Shown here piece by piece: positions 8,150 through 18,010 of a stretch of 53,289 nucleotides of DNA (its first letter is position 1; the number at the start of each line of letters is the position of its first letter). This DNA comes from a virus. Lineage: Duplodnaviria > Caudoviricetes. The notes under the pieces were generated by a model. That model did not search any database, had not been told where the DNA came from, and worked only from the letters and a program-made list of their open reading frames with translations. Position numbers and translations under genes: made by a program. Location of the stretch: positions 1 to 53,289 of IMG/VR virus record IMGVR_UViG_3300025652_000005; one strand, 5' to 3'.

Positions 8150-9663
8150 CCAGACTAGCGTACGCACCCTTATCCGTTAAGAGCGACTTTACTTCCTACT
8201 ATGGGTTTAGGGGCATTGACCGTTCGCGCGACATTACAGCTCTTGAGACGGAGAAAGACCAAAACTTCTGGAAGCTGGAAAACTGTTACGTTGACTATCG
8301 CGGTCAGTTGATACGCGATCCTGCGTTCTACCTTCACAAAGGCTCTAACCGATTTCCAGTAAAGTGCGTTAGATTTTACAGCCGTGAGGGAATTGTCTTC
8401 GCGGAAGAAGATGCTGCGAGTACGCACTTGGCTTCAGACAGGGGGCACCGTCTTGATGAGGCGATGCCCAAGGGCGCTATCGTTGGCATGACAAACTTTA
8501 AGGGTAAGGTTCACATCTTCTCAAGAGATAGTCGGATGTACCGCTACGACGGGTTCGAATTTTCCACATCCACTTCCTCGATCAAGCCGCAGTTCGGCGT
8601 ACCCATCCAACGACGACTAGCTGTTGCTGGGTTCAAAGACAGGCCGACCGTTGTGGAGTTCTCTCGCGTAGACAACCCAGACATCTTTTTGGATGAAGAA
8701 GCTCCGACAGAAGAAGTCACGAGAGCTGCCTTTATCGACATATCTAACCTCATCGGCACTGCTGACCAGATTGTCGGGATGGGTACATTCGAAGCCAACC
8801 GTCTAGCAATATTCACAAAAGACCAAACATTAGTTTACGTCATCGACCCTGATTTTGAGCAGTGGCAGCTAGACAGTCGTGCTAACCTTCGTATCGGGTG
8901 CGTATCCCACAACACGATTGCCAACTCTGGTTCTGACTTATTGTTCTGCTCACGCCGAGGCATCCACTCGATCATGCGCTCATCAAACGGTATTACGATT
9001 TCTGAAGCATCGTTGTCTGACGAAGTAGAGCCTCTTTATCAAGAACTCGTACGCACGACACCTGACCCCGAAACTATATCTGCGGTCTTCGACCCCGATA
9101 CGCTGACGTACCACGTCTTCTTTCCCCGCCCAGGCGGTTCGAACACTGTACGCTTGAGTATGAACTTCCGCGCAGGATACGAGAACGTGAACTTCCAATT
9201 AGGCGACACGCTGTTACCGCGTTGCGGAACCTTTTTAGGTGGCCGCTTAATGTTCGGAACTTCAGACGGAGTTTACGAGGCGACGGATCGTGTGCTTATT
9301 CAGACCACGGGGGCAGCAGAGCTGCGGCGATCCCCGATGGTCGCTGAGACGCCTGTGTTATGGTTGGGCGACTTCCTTGGTACAAAGAGGTCTCACACCT
9401 TCATCGTCCAAGCCACAGGTACAGGTCGCTTCTACGTAGACTTCACAGATGAAGTTGGCGGTGACATGGCCTCGATAGAAGTTAATCTCGACAGGATCGA
9501 GGGCGACGAAAAATGGGGAGATGCGCCTCTGCTCCATGACTACTCCTTCCCATTTAACCACATTTTCCGAGGCGTTCGAATGAGATTTCGCACCGATGAA
9601 AAAGACACGAAGAGCGAAGTGACGGTGATTAGCTTTGCATTCTTGAACCATAAGGACAAATAA
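8146..9663 (+). CDS. Tail nozzle/stabilisation protein (tail tubular B / P22 gp10-like)
   Basis: FRGIDRS N-terminus, beta-propeller-like content, IGCVSHNTIA motif. Confidence 0.7.
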   Translation: MTRLAYAPLSVKSDFTSYYGFRGIDRSRDITALETEKDQNFWKLENCYVDYRGQLIRDPAFYLHKGSNRFPVKCVRFYSREGIVFAEEDAASTHLASDRGHRLDEAMPKGAIVGMTNFKGKVHIFSRDSRMYRYDGFEFSTSTSSIKPQFGVPIQRRLAVAGFKDRPTVVEFSRVDNPDIFLDEEAPTEEVTRAAFIDISNLIGTADQIVGMGTFEANRLAIFTKDQTLVYVIDPDFEQWQLDSRANLRIGCVSHNTIANSGSDLLFCSRRGIHSIMRSSNGITISEASLSDEVEPLYQELVRTTPDPETISAVFDPDTLTYHVFFPRPGGSNTVRLSMNFRAGYENVNFQLGDTLLPRCGTFLGGRLMFGTSDGVYEATDRVLIQTTGAAELRRSPMVAETPVLWLGDFLGTKRSHTFIVQATGTGRFYVDFTDEVGGDMASIEVNLDRIEGDEKWGDAPLLHDYSFPFNHIFRGVRMRFRTDEKDTKSEVTVISFAFLNHKDK

Positions 9664-9665
9664 GA

Positions 9666-11234
9666 ATGGCTCGTTTAAAAGTATTATACCCTGGCAACCA
9701 CACCAGCTCATCTAACATTGGGGCCGACATTGAGAACATTGTCCGTTACCTAAACTCTGCGGAGGTTGGTGACTTTACTCTCTCGGAACTTTTAAAGGTA
9801 ATGTTCGATGCAAATGGAACTTTGGTTGCCCCGATTGATTTGCGAAATGACCCGATCCTTGGGCTGCAATATCGTGCAGGCGTTTACACTGAAATAGGCG
9901 ACGGCTGGAAAACCATCGCGTCCTCTGCTGATATACGCGGTACATCTGGGCTAGATGTCGCCACGATTGGTGCGCCACTTTTCTCCGCACGGGAGGACTT
10001 GGTAGTAAATAGTTCTGACGCAAACGGGACCATAGCTAATCCTACAGGGGCGACAATCTTCAGTTTCTCGCACGAAGTTGCCGACGCCATTGTTGTCTAT
10101 CTGAACGGCGCTCTGCAAGCGGTCTCCACTTACTCCTCAAGTGCTGCCGCAAACACGGTGACGCTGAGTGCTCCTACGGACGCTGACGACCTTGTTACGA
10201 TCTATAAGGTGCAATCAGCGAACGATACGGGGTTTACCAGAGAGGACGTACTGTCTGGTGAGGCTCAAGCTGTGTTCCCTTTTGTCCACACAGCAGACCA
10301 AAAGGTTCTTGTGTCACGAAACGGCGTTTTGCAGCGCGAGGGTGGTACGAATGACTACACTACCCAGCCAATAAACTCTACAATAACCTTCACTTCAGCA
10401 TTGCTGGCGGGTGACGCAATTACGTTTATGATCGTTGAGGATACCTCCCAAGTTCGGGTCAGTGGCCTTATGACTGAAGACAAGTTCACTGACGCAAACG
10501 GTTTTGTACCTTTCTCGAAGTTAGCTATTGCTGACGATCAAATACCGCAATCCAAAGTGTCAGGTGTCACAAGCCTTTTGGCAAACCGTGGCCGCGTATA
10601 TGTTAGCTCTTCGGTGCCTGAGACAGCAAATGCTGGTGACTTCTGGGTGGACACCGCGTCCTCGCCTAACGTCTTAAAATTCTACAATGGCACAGGATGG
10701 CTCCTTACCAGTCCCGACACAGGCATCCCCACGTTCACATCACCTAACGCTCTTCAATTCCTTCGGGTGAACTCGACAGGTGGTGGCCTTGAGTTTTCAG
10801 ATATTGATTTTACAGCGGTTATTCCAAAAACTTACATTGGCGCTGCTGACGGCGTAGCTGGCCTTGACGCAACGGGTCGCCTACCGATAGCCCAACTTCC
10901 TGACACGTTTGCGACCCGCAGCTACTTCTTCCAAAAAGACGGTGCTATCGCCAACGGTGCGTTTGTAGTTACACGGGCGTTCAAACAGAACGTGCGGTTA
11001 GACGCTGTAGCCGCCAAGACGACTTCTGGTACGGCCAACGTGCAGCTTAAAATAAACGGCGTTAATGCTGGTGATGTTATTCCAGTGACAAGCACGCTGA
11101 CAGAGCAAAACCTTTCAGCGTCCATTGCGGTTGATGCGACCACAACTTCCCGTGAGATTGGTTTCGAGGTCACTTCTGCGACTGGTGTAACTGACATCGA
11201 AGTCACCTTGGCAGCCGTCATCACCAATGTCTGA
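9666..11234 (+). CDS. Tail fibre/tail-associated structural protein
   Basis: Two V.V..NG.LQ...Y...T.T repeats; GVAGLDATGRLPIAQLP fibre motif. Confidence 0.7.
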   Translation: MARLKVLYPGNHTSSSNIGADIENIVRYLNSAEVGDFTLSELLKVMFDANGTLVAPIDLRNDPILGLQYRAGVYTEIGDGWKTIASSADIRGTSGLDVATIGAPLFSAREDLVVNSSDANGTIANPTGATIFSFSHEVADAIVVYLNGALQAVSTYSSSAAANTVTLSAPTDADDLVTIYKVQSANDTGFTREDVLSGEAQAVFPFVHTADQKVLVSRNGVLQREGGTNDYTTQPINSTITFTSALLAGDAITFMIVEDTSQVRVSGLMTEDKFTDANGFVPFSKLAIADDQIPQSKVSGVTSLLANRGRVYVSSSVPETANAGDFWVDTASSPNVLKFYNGTGWLLTSPDTGIPTFTSPNALQFLRVNSTGGGLEFSDIDFTAVIPKTYIGAADGVAGLDATGRLPIAQLPDTFATRSYFFQKDGAIANGAFVVTRAFKQNVRLDAVAAKTTSGTANVQLKINGVNAGDVIPVTSTLTEQNLSASIAVDATTTSREIGFEVTSATGVTDIEVTLAAVITNV

Positions 11235-12366
11235 CCTTAATCTCAGCCCACAAGAACAGAACATCGTCGATTACCACAACGGTTCGATGAGCTCTGGTCA
11301 TGTGGGCAGGGATGACCAAGGCAGACCTATGACAGTCTACTCTACAGGCATCAGGGTTGAGCGGGGTCCACACAAAGGTAAGTTTGTGTCGGTGCCAGGA
11401 TGGGTGCCAAGCGTAAACGCAGACAGACCTTTGACCGAAGGCGAGGCTTTCGAACACTGGGAAGCTGAAATCAATGAGGGCAAGTGGCCCTTCTATGAAA
11501 GTGGCCCAGCGCTCAACTCGCGATCACAGGAGATACACACCATTATGGACAACGATCTAATCCACATTAACGAAGAAGAGAGCAAGATACTGGCTCCTAG
11601 CCTAAACCCCTCGACGCAAAGAGGGATACCCACCATCAAGGGCGAAGAGGGCCACTTCAAGGCTTACGACCATCGGCAGTTGATGACCCACCTCCCAAAC
11701 AAGATGGGACCGGGCGCGGCGGCGGCTGGCCCTATGGGGACTTCGGGTATGCACTATGTTGACCGAGACGGCGAGTTGACGACCGGAATGCGCGGAGAAA
11801 AGACACCCGCTCATATCTCCAAAAACCAAGACACGCAGGAAAGTTTTCTTGCTTCTGAGATGTCTCGCAACTCTATGGAGCAATTACGCGCTTCGTTGCC
11901 TAGAAATGTCCAAGACAACTTGACGGGCGACATGCTCTTGGAGCTGGCAGACGACGGCAAGTACAGCTTGCTGGTGGGTGATAAGGACAGTGGTTACGTA
12001 GAACTTTCGTACGGACCAGATGATTACCAGGACGCTCTTTCTGATGTGAAGCGTGCGTACAACTACTCAGCTCAGACGGGTGACGCAAACATGGACGCTG
12101 GCTTCTTGGGCCGAGCTTCCTCTGCGTACAGGTACAACGGCTACACAGAAGCGTTGCTTCGCAAAACTGGAGAGGGTCGCCTCTCTGAGATAAAGTCCAA
12201 CCCGTTTGCTTCTGAGGAAGACGTGCTTTCCGCTCTGGAAGAGATCGACGCCATGAATGATGAGGTCAGTCGCCAGAAAGGTCACGAGAGCACGAAGCAA
12301 CTTTCCTACTCAAAACGTGCGCTGGACAGGGAGGCTAAAATGAGAGCCGCCAAGATGATGCAGTGA
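11227..12366 (+). CDS. Hypothetical virion-associated protein
   Basis: 379-aa ORF overlapping the upstream stop, in the late arm. Confidence 0.65.
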   Translation: MSDLNLSPQEQNIVDYHNGSMSSGHVGRDDQGRPMTVYSTGIRVERGPHKGKFVSVPGWVPSVNADRPLTEGEAFEHWEAEINEGKWPFYESGPALNSRSQEIHTIMDNDLIHINEEESKILAPSLNPSTQRGIPTIKGEEGHFKAYDHRQLMTHLPNKMGPGAAAAGPMGTSGMHYVDRDGELTTGMRGEKTPAHISKNQDTQESFLASEMSRNSMEQLRASLPRNVQDNLTGDMLLELADDGKYSLLVGDKDSGYVELSYGPDDYQDALSDVKRAYNYSAQTGDANMDAGFLGRASSAYRYNGYTEALLRKTGEGRLSEIKSNPFASEEDVLSALEEIDAMNDEVSRQKGHESTKQLSYSKRALDREAKMRAAKMMQ

Positions 12367-12398
12367 GGACGACAATGATGTTGTCTGAGACTTATAGT
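12367..12398 (+). promoter_or_regulatory. Putative late promoter (GGACGAC-N19-TATAGT)
   Basis: Motif directly abuts the TGA of the upstream gene; near-consensus -10. Confidence 0.65.
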
Positions 12399-12421
12399 CC
12401 TAGAAAATAAAGGAGCCTGTG

Positions 12422-12664
12422 ATGGCATTTAGTACAGAAATTTTTGGCCCGAACACCGGAACGTCTATTGCGGCACGTCGTGAAGCTGGATCAACGGAGC
12501 AGACAGCAGAAATGGGACGTGGTGGTGACAGCATGGTTGTTCGTGCGTCACCGTTCACAATCAAGTTGCTTCAAGACATCGGTGGCGCAGGCTCGTTTAA
12601 CCCTGAGACGGGTATGCTTGAGTTCTACAACGTAGATGAAGCTGTGAAGAAAATGATGGGGTAA
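12422..12664 (+). CDS. Small protein with GRGGD...GGAGSFNPETGMLEF motif (ejection-protein leader-like)
   Basis: AGGAG SD; motif recurrent in podovirus internal virion proteins. Confidence 0.65.
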   Translation: MAFSTEIFGPNTGTSIAARREAGSTEQTAEMGRGGDSMVVRASPFTIKLLQDIGGAGSFNPETGMLEFYNVDEAVKKMMG

Positions 12665-13122
12665 TGAAGGTTAGGGACGCAAAATTATCTGATGCTTCGG
12701 CTATCGTCGAGTTGCTATCAGAGTTTTTTAAAGAAAGCCGTTATGGGCGTTCTAATGTAAAATTTTGCGGTGATGTTATGTTAAGGACTGTTAATGGTTT
12801 CTTGGAAAATATGCCAAGAACTTTTTGCAGGGTAGTTGAGCGCGGCACTCAGTTGACGGGCCTTATCTTAGCTGACTATTCACATATGCCCTTCGCTGAA
12901 GGCATATGGTCTCGCGTTGCGTTTCTATACATTTCCCCGAAACACCGTGGAGGCATGTCGGCCTACCGAATGGTGAAGAGTTATATCTTGTGGGCAAAGA
13001 GCATTGGCGCATTAGAAATTCATGGAGGCACAGCCAGTGGCGTATCTCCACAACTAACAACTGGCTTATATAAGCGATTGGGCTTTGAAGAGGCTGGATA
13101 CACAATGAGGTTTGTACAATGA
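12664..13122 (+). CDS. GNAT-family acetyltransferase
   Basis: VRDAKLSD N-terminus, LYISPKHRGG motif A, LYKRLGF motif B. Confidence 0.85.
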   Translation: MKVRDAKLSDASAIVELLSEFFKESRYGRSNVKFCGDVMLRTVNGFLENMPRTFCRVVERGTQLTGLILADYSHMPFAEGIWSRVAFLYISPKHRGGMSAYRMVKSYILWAKSIGALEIHGGTASGVSPQLTTGLYKRLGFEEAGYTMRFVQ

Positions 13123-14186
13123 CAACTTTTAGAGACCTTGTTGGTCAAAATCCGATTAAGCCTATGATTGCTTACGGCTCATGCTTTAGCAGCTCCACCC
13201 CCAGCTCCAGCTCCGAGCCCAGCAACAACGATCCTGCACCCGCCGCACCCGCGAAAACATACGACAGTTTGGCCGACGCCGCCGCAGATGGCCAGCACGG
13301 TCAAGCTGTAAACATTACCGGCAAAGGTTCACAAATGGTGTCGTTCGCCGACAAAAGCTACGACGACAAAATGGCGAACGTGTCAGCAAATGTCAGCAAT
13401 CCCGGCAGCTCCACCCCCAGCAACAGCAACAGCGACAGTGGTAACACTGCTCGGATGAATTTAGCCAACGATCTCACACCGGGTAATGACACTGTATACG
13501 TTAATGGCCAGCTACAAAATACTGACGGCAGCGCTGTCACTGAGAATACAGGCTGGCAGAACGCTACTAACCTTGCCACACCGGGCGATGGCAAAACGTA
13601 CGTAGATGGTCAGTTGACTTCCACCAATGCCGCCGTTGTACCCGAACAATACACACACCAAACCGACAACGACAATACGGGCGGCACTTATCTTGCCAGT
13701 CAAAACCCTACAGTCGATACCGCCACCACCACCACCACGAATACCTCCACAACAGACGTGATCGAAGACGACGACGACGATATTGATGACTTAAAGGAGA
13801 TACTCGAAACTTTCACTACAGTTTATGTTGATAGCGGCAATGGCGGTGGTGGCGGTGGTGGTGGTGGTAACAACACATCTTTGCCAGATGATTACCTAAC
13901 AGAAGAAGACTTGGCGACTTATCTTGAGAACATTGATAGAAGCTCAAATGCTTATGATCCAGCGGCGTTTCTAAATGCGTACGGCTTCGCTCTTGAGGCC
14001 AATGAGGAACTTATTGGTAGCACCATATCTGAAGATGGCCTCTATATGCGCCGAGCAGTCAGAGACAAGATCACGGGTGAGATAAGATACGTAAATGTCC
14101 CCATTGGTGCAGGCGCTATCCACGGCAACAATGGAGCGTCCCAGTTTAGGATGGAACGCCGCAACGGCTTCGGCACTATGGTTTAG
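13119..14186 (+). CDS. Low-complexity virion/ejection-region protein
   Basis: Ser/Thr/Asn/Asp-rich; two TPG.D/G..YV.GQL repeats. Confidence 0.65.
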   Translation: MTTFRDLVGQNPIKPMIAYGSCFSSSTPSSSSEPSNNDPAPAAPAKTYDSLADAAADGQHGQAVNITGKGSQMVSFADKSYDDKMANVSANVSNPGSSTPSNSNSDSGNTARMNLANDLTPGNDTVYVNGQLQNTDGSAVTENTGWQNATNLATPGDGKTYVDGQLTSTNAAVVPEQYTHQTDNDNTGGTYLASQNPTVDTATTTTTNTSTTDVIEDDDDDIDDLKEILETFTTVYVDSGNGGGGGGGGGNNTSLPDDYLTEEDLATYLENIDRSSNAYDPAAFLNAYGFALEANEELIGSTISEDGLYMRRAVRDKITGEIRYVNVPIGAGAIHGNNGASQFRMERRNGFGTMV

Positions 14187-14197
14187 GAGACTATAAC

Positions 14198-15136
14198 ATG
14201 CTCGATCTGATAATGGCTGGCACGTCTCTTTATAATGCGCTCAAATCAAACGACAGAGCTGACGACGCAAGCGATCAGCAGTCGGCATTAACTGCCGCTG
14301 AAATTGCACGTAACGAAAAGATAATGGAGCTTTACGCCTCCGGCTCTGTCGAAATGCAAAAAGCGATGGAGACGGTTTTAGCAAACGCTGGTAGCTTTGC
14401 TGAAATTTCGCCAGAAAACTTTGTCAATCTCAGGAACTACTTCACCTCAGAGCGCAAGCAAGAAGACCTACAGAACGAAAACGATGTCTACTCAGCAGAC
14501 AATCTTGCCCGTGAGTTCGGCGCGAGCACCTTCGACTTTGCCCCAGACATTGATCGGGTAGCGCAAAAGTTTATTAATGCTCGCATGGCAAACGCAGGGC
14601 GTGCCGTAGATGAAACTATGTCGCGTGGCCAAGCAGACTTGTACGCAAAAGGAATGGACAACAGTACGCTTGAAGTCCAGCTCCGCAAGAGCGCTGCCGA
14701 TCTAAAGGCGCAGGCGTACAACCAAGCCTTGCTAGACGGCACGAACGACGCACTTACGTATGTTAAGGGCGTTCAGGGTGTCAGCGAGAGAGAGCAGTTC
14801 ATGGACGTAACTGAGCGTCGGTTCGGCCAACAGTTGATTAAGGACTACATGGGTATGCCGACTGACACTGCCCTTAAAGATTTCGAAACCGCGAACAATG
14901 TTATGAACAACCAGAGCAGCATGTACACTGACTATGCCGCAACTATGGGTGACATAGCGGCAGCACCGTACAAGTTCGCGGCTGATGGCCAGACCGCCGC
15001 CGGATTTGGCAACGCTCTTAGCAGCGCTAATAGTATGTCCAAACGCTTGAACGACAACGCCAATGACGCGGGTGGTACGTTCGGAACATGGTACGATAGG
15101 GTCACAGGCTACAACGACCGCACCCCGGTAGGTTAA
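14198..15136 (+). CDS. Internal virion (ejection) protein
   Basis: Ala/Gln-rich helical protein; AGGAG SD; position before the larger ejection proteins. Confidence 0.6.
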   Translation: MLDLIMAGTSLYNALKSNDRADDASDQQSALTAAEIARNEKIMELYASGSVEMQKAMETVLANAGSFAEISPENFVNLRNYFTSERKQEDLQNENDVYSADNLAREFGASTFDFAPDIDRVAQKFINARMANAGRAVDETMSRGQADLYAKGMDNSTLEVQLRKSAADLKAQAYNQALLDGTNDALTYVKGVQGVSEREQFMDVTERRFGQQLIKDYMGMPTDTALKDFETANNVMNNQSSMYTDYAATMGDIAAAPYKFAADGQTAAGFGNALSSANSMSKRLNDNANDAGGTFGTWYDRVTGYNDRTPVG

Positions 15137-15147
15137 GGAGGCACTAA

Positions 15148-17949
15148 GTGCTTAGATTAGGTAAATTTACTGAGGCTATAGAACGCGGTGATGAACGTAG
15201 AAGTTCGCTTCGTAAAGAGAACGCTGGTTTGTACGCTGACTTCGTACGAGATAACCCTGGTGCGTCCGTTGATGAGCGTACGGATTACGCTCAAACCCTC
15301 ATCAACGACACGGGTGTTGGAAGCAGGGGTCTACCTACGAAGTCGGCAATGATAAAGAAAGTCGATGCGTACAAAAAAGAGCAGGCGCAAAAAGCGGCGG
15401 CTACTGCTGCGGCGGCAGAAGCGAAAAAGCGCTCTCGGTTGATACAGAATTTAAAGTTACAAGGTGAACTCATTGATTTGGGGGCAGACCAAGGCTGGAC
15501 CGAAGAACAGATGAAGGCCCAGTATGAGAGCCTGGGCATAGACCCAACGGGTGTAAGCGGTGCAATGACTTCTGTTGGCCGTAAGCAGTTCCAGACTTGG
15601 CAGCAAGATCATCAAGCGAGCATCGCCAACTACCTCAAAAACCCCACCAAAGCAGCTTACGACCTTCTCGTAACTCAAGGCGGGGAAAAGTTTGAGAGAC
15701 AGATAAAGGGACTGTTCTCAACCCAGTACACTGCCGCCTACCAAACAAGTGCGAAAGACCTGCGAAGAAAACTGGAAGATGCTTCACTGGCAGGTGATAC
15801 TGCTGCGTTCGATAGAGAAATTCGTATTTTGAAAGATCAGTTCCCAGATGACGTGTGGAAGCTCGTTGGGGAAGACTTCCAACGCGCGGGTGAAATCTTC
15901 AAAAAGAATGAAGAGGGCCGCACGACCTCTGCTGTCGATGCACTTGGCAGAGAAATGGAAACGCTGTCCCAGAACATTGACCAGAGCCCAGAAGAGTTCA
16001 AGCGTGCTCGCGAGAGCTTGCGCTCCAAGTACACACCAGAGCAACTTGCCGCATTCGATGCAAAGGCGGGCGATACGTACCCTGATGCCTTCACTACAGG
16101 TGTGGCTAGTGCCCAAGCGGTGACGGATGCTGCGTTCAACCAAAATAATATGTTCGAATTGGAAGAGTTGGCAAATGCCGAGGACACAAACAGAGCACAG
16201 ATGCTTCGCGAAATACAATTTCGCAAAGACACAGCAGTACGAGATGGAGTTTCTTTGCCTGCTGACTTTGGCAAGTCGGAACTGGCTGTATTCGATGCGA
16301 ACCAGTTAAAGCGCGATAACGTAACAGACGCAAACAACCTCCGTACGGTCGATCAGCGGATCGTCACGCAAGAAGAAACAGTCTCTCAGGCGGTTCGTAT
16401 GGAGAGCGACTTCGATAGTTTGGTCGCAGAAATTGAGCGCAATGTAAGCGGTACTGAAGTTGGTGATGTAAAGCTCACCGAAGGCCAAAAAGAGAAACTC
16501 AAGGAGAGGTTCGACCAAGCCTCGGACCAGTTGACTAAAGACATGAAAGATCATGCTCTCAACATATCCGAGACATCTGCGGGCTATGACGACGCCGTAG
16601 CGAAGACAAAGGCGGAGTTTGTGGCGCGTTTCGTATCGAACTTGGAAAGCACTCAGGGGATTTCGAACGTAAACGACCGTTTTGGCAGCTATGCCGAGAA
16701 AGCGTACGACGATATTATAGCCAAAGTTCGCATGGAGAAAAACGATGGCGAGGCGCAGTCTGCCAGAGACGCCCTTACTGCTCTGGCCGAAGAGCGTAAG
16801 CCTATTGGGTTCGAGTTTGCAGGCGATGTGTTCGACGGCCTCTTGAAGTCAGAGAGCGTTTTGGGGGCAATAGACAAGGATGAGCAAGGTGCAGTCTTTG
16901 CTGACATCAAGAACAACCTTCTGCAAACTGCGGGCAGGTTTGCTCGACAGATGGACTTGCCCATCAGCCAAGACACGTACCGTGAAATGGCTTCAATCCT
17001 TGCTGACGGCGAACAACTTGCTGGCACGACCTTCCCGCCAGAACGGGTTAAAGCTGCATTGGTTAAAGCCTTCCAAAGCACACTGAACAGCAGCCCCCAC
17101 CCAGATATTGAGTACGCCGCCTACGTCGATGCTATGGACGCCGCAGGTATTGACGACCTAGCGACTGCTGATGACGAACAGATGTCAGTCTTCAGAAACG
17201 AATACGGTAAATTGCGTGTGCAGCTCGCAGAGGCTAAGTTCGACATTTACGGTGATAGCTTCGCTGACGATATTGCTCGCAGTGCTCCGTTGATCTCGCG
17301 AGCGTCCGGTATAAGCACTACAGCCGATCCGAAGCTACAACTGATCTCTAATTCACTGGCTTCCGTCGGGAACCTTTCGGGGCTTGATTTGCTCCGATAC
17401 GAAATGGGCGACATCAAAAGTGTTATGAAAGATACTTGGAAAATGAAGCCGGACCTTGAAGCGTCGATAGAGGAAGCCGAAGATGAGATCATTCGTCTCA
17501 CTAAGCTGACCAACACCCCCATCTACAAGACCAGCGAACACGCGCCTGCTGTCAAATCACGAATTGCTGAATTGTCGGGTATCGTCGATAGAAACAAAAA
17601 TTCACTATCCATGATGGTTCAGATACGGGCTATGATGGCTCAGTTTAAAAGTGACTACAACAGGACGGAAGAAGAGTTCAAACAGGAGAGAGAAGCGGCA
17701 GCATCCGAAACGGCTACGTCTGCGGCAGAAGTCGAAGCTGCAAATGCGGTTAGTGGGCCTAGAGGACAAGCGCCTTCTGGCTTGTCACCGGAAGCATTGG
17801 CTATATGGAAGAAGGCACAGCAGGATGCAAGCGCTGCCGCCGACAGCTCCTTCTTTGGTGCTATCGGAGACTTCCTTTTCACCGACGTGTACCCCGACGA
17901 TGATGGCGCTCCTCGCGGTATCGCGGCGAGCCGACCTCGCGGCCAGTAA
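15148..17949 (+). CDS. Internal virion (ejection) protein, 933 aa
   Basis: GTG start with AAGGAGG SD; coiled-coil, helical composition. Confidence 0.65.
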   Translation: MLRLGKFTEAIERGDERRSSLRKENAGLYADFVRDNPGASVDERTDYAQTLINDTGVGSRGLPTKSAMIKKVDAYKKEQAQKAAATAAAAEAKKRSRLIQNLKLQGELIDLGADQGWTEEQMKAQYESLGIDPTGVSGAMTSVGRKQFQTWQQDHQASIANYLKNPTKAAYDLLVTQGGEKFERQIKGLFSTQYTAAYQTSAKDLRRKLEDASLAGDTAAFDREIRILKDQFPDDVWKLVGEDFQRAGEIFKKNEEGRTTSAVDALGREMETLSQNIDQSPEEFKRARESLRSKYTPEQLAAFDAKAGDTYPDAFTTGVASAQAVTDAAFNQNNMFELEELANAEDTNRAQMLREIQFRKDTAVRDGVSLPADFGKSELAVFDANQLKRDNVTDANNLRTVDQRIVTQEETVSQAVRMESDFDSLVAEIERNVSGTEVGDVKLTEGQKEKLKERFDQASDQLTKDMKDHALNISETSAGYDDAVAKTKAEFVARFVSNLESTQGISNVNDRFGSYAEKAYDDIIAKVRMEKNDGEAQSARDALTALAEERKPIGFEFAGDVFDGLLKSESVLGAIDKDEQGAVFADIKNNLLQTAGRFARQMDLPISQDTYREMASILADGEQLAGTTFPPERVKAALVKAFQSTLNSSPHPDIEYAAYVDAMDAAGIDDLATADDEQMSVFRNEYGKLRVQLAEAKFDIYGDSFADDIARSAPLISRASGISTTADPKLQLISNSLASVGNLSGLDLLRYEMGDIKSVMKDTWKMKPDLEASIEEAEDEIIRLTKLTNTPIYKTSEHAPAVKSRIAELSGIVDRNKNSLSMMVQIRAMMAQFKSDYNRTEEEFKQEREAAASETATSAAEVEAANAVSGPRGQAPSGLSPEALAIWKKAQQDASAAADSSFFGAIGDFLFTDVYPDDDGAPRGIAASRPRGQ

Positions 17950-17981
17950 GGACGACTTATTAGGGTGCTCTAATTTAATCT
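17950..17981 (+). promoter_or_regulatory. Putative late promoter (GGACGAC-N19-TAATCT)
   Basis: Abuts the upstream TAA and precedes the giant gene. Confidence 0.6.
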
Positions 17982-18010
17982 GTAAAAAATCAGGTTAAAT
18001 GGAGTACCCG

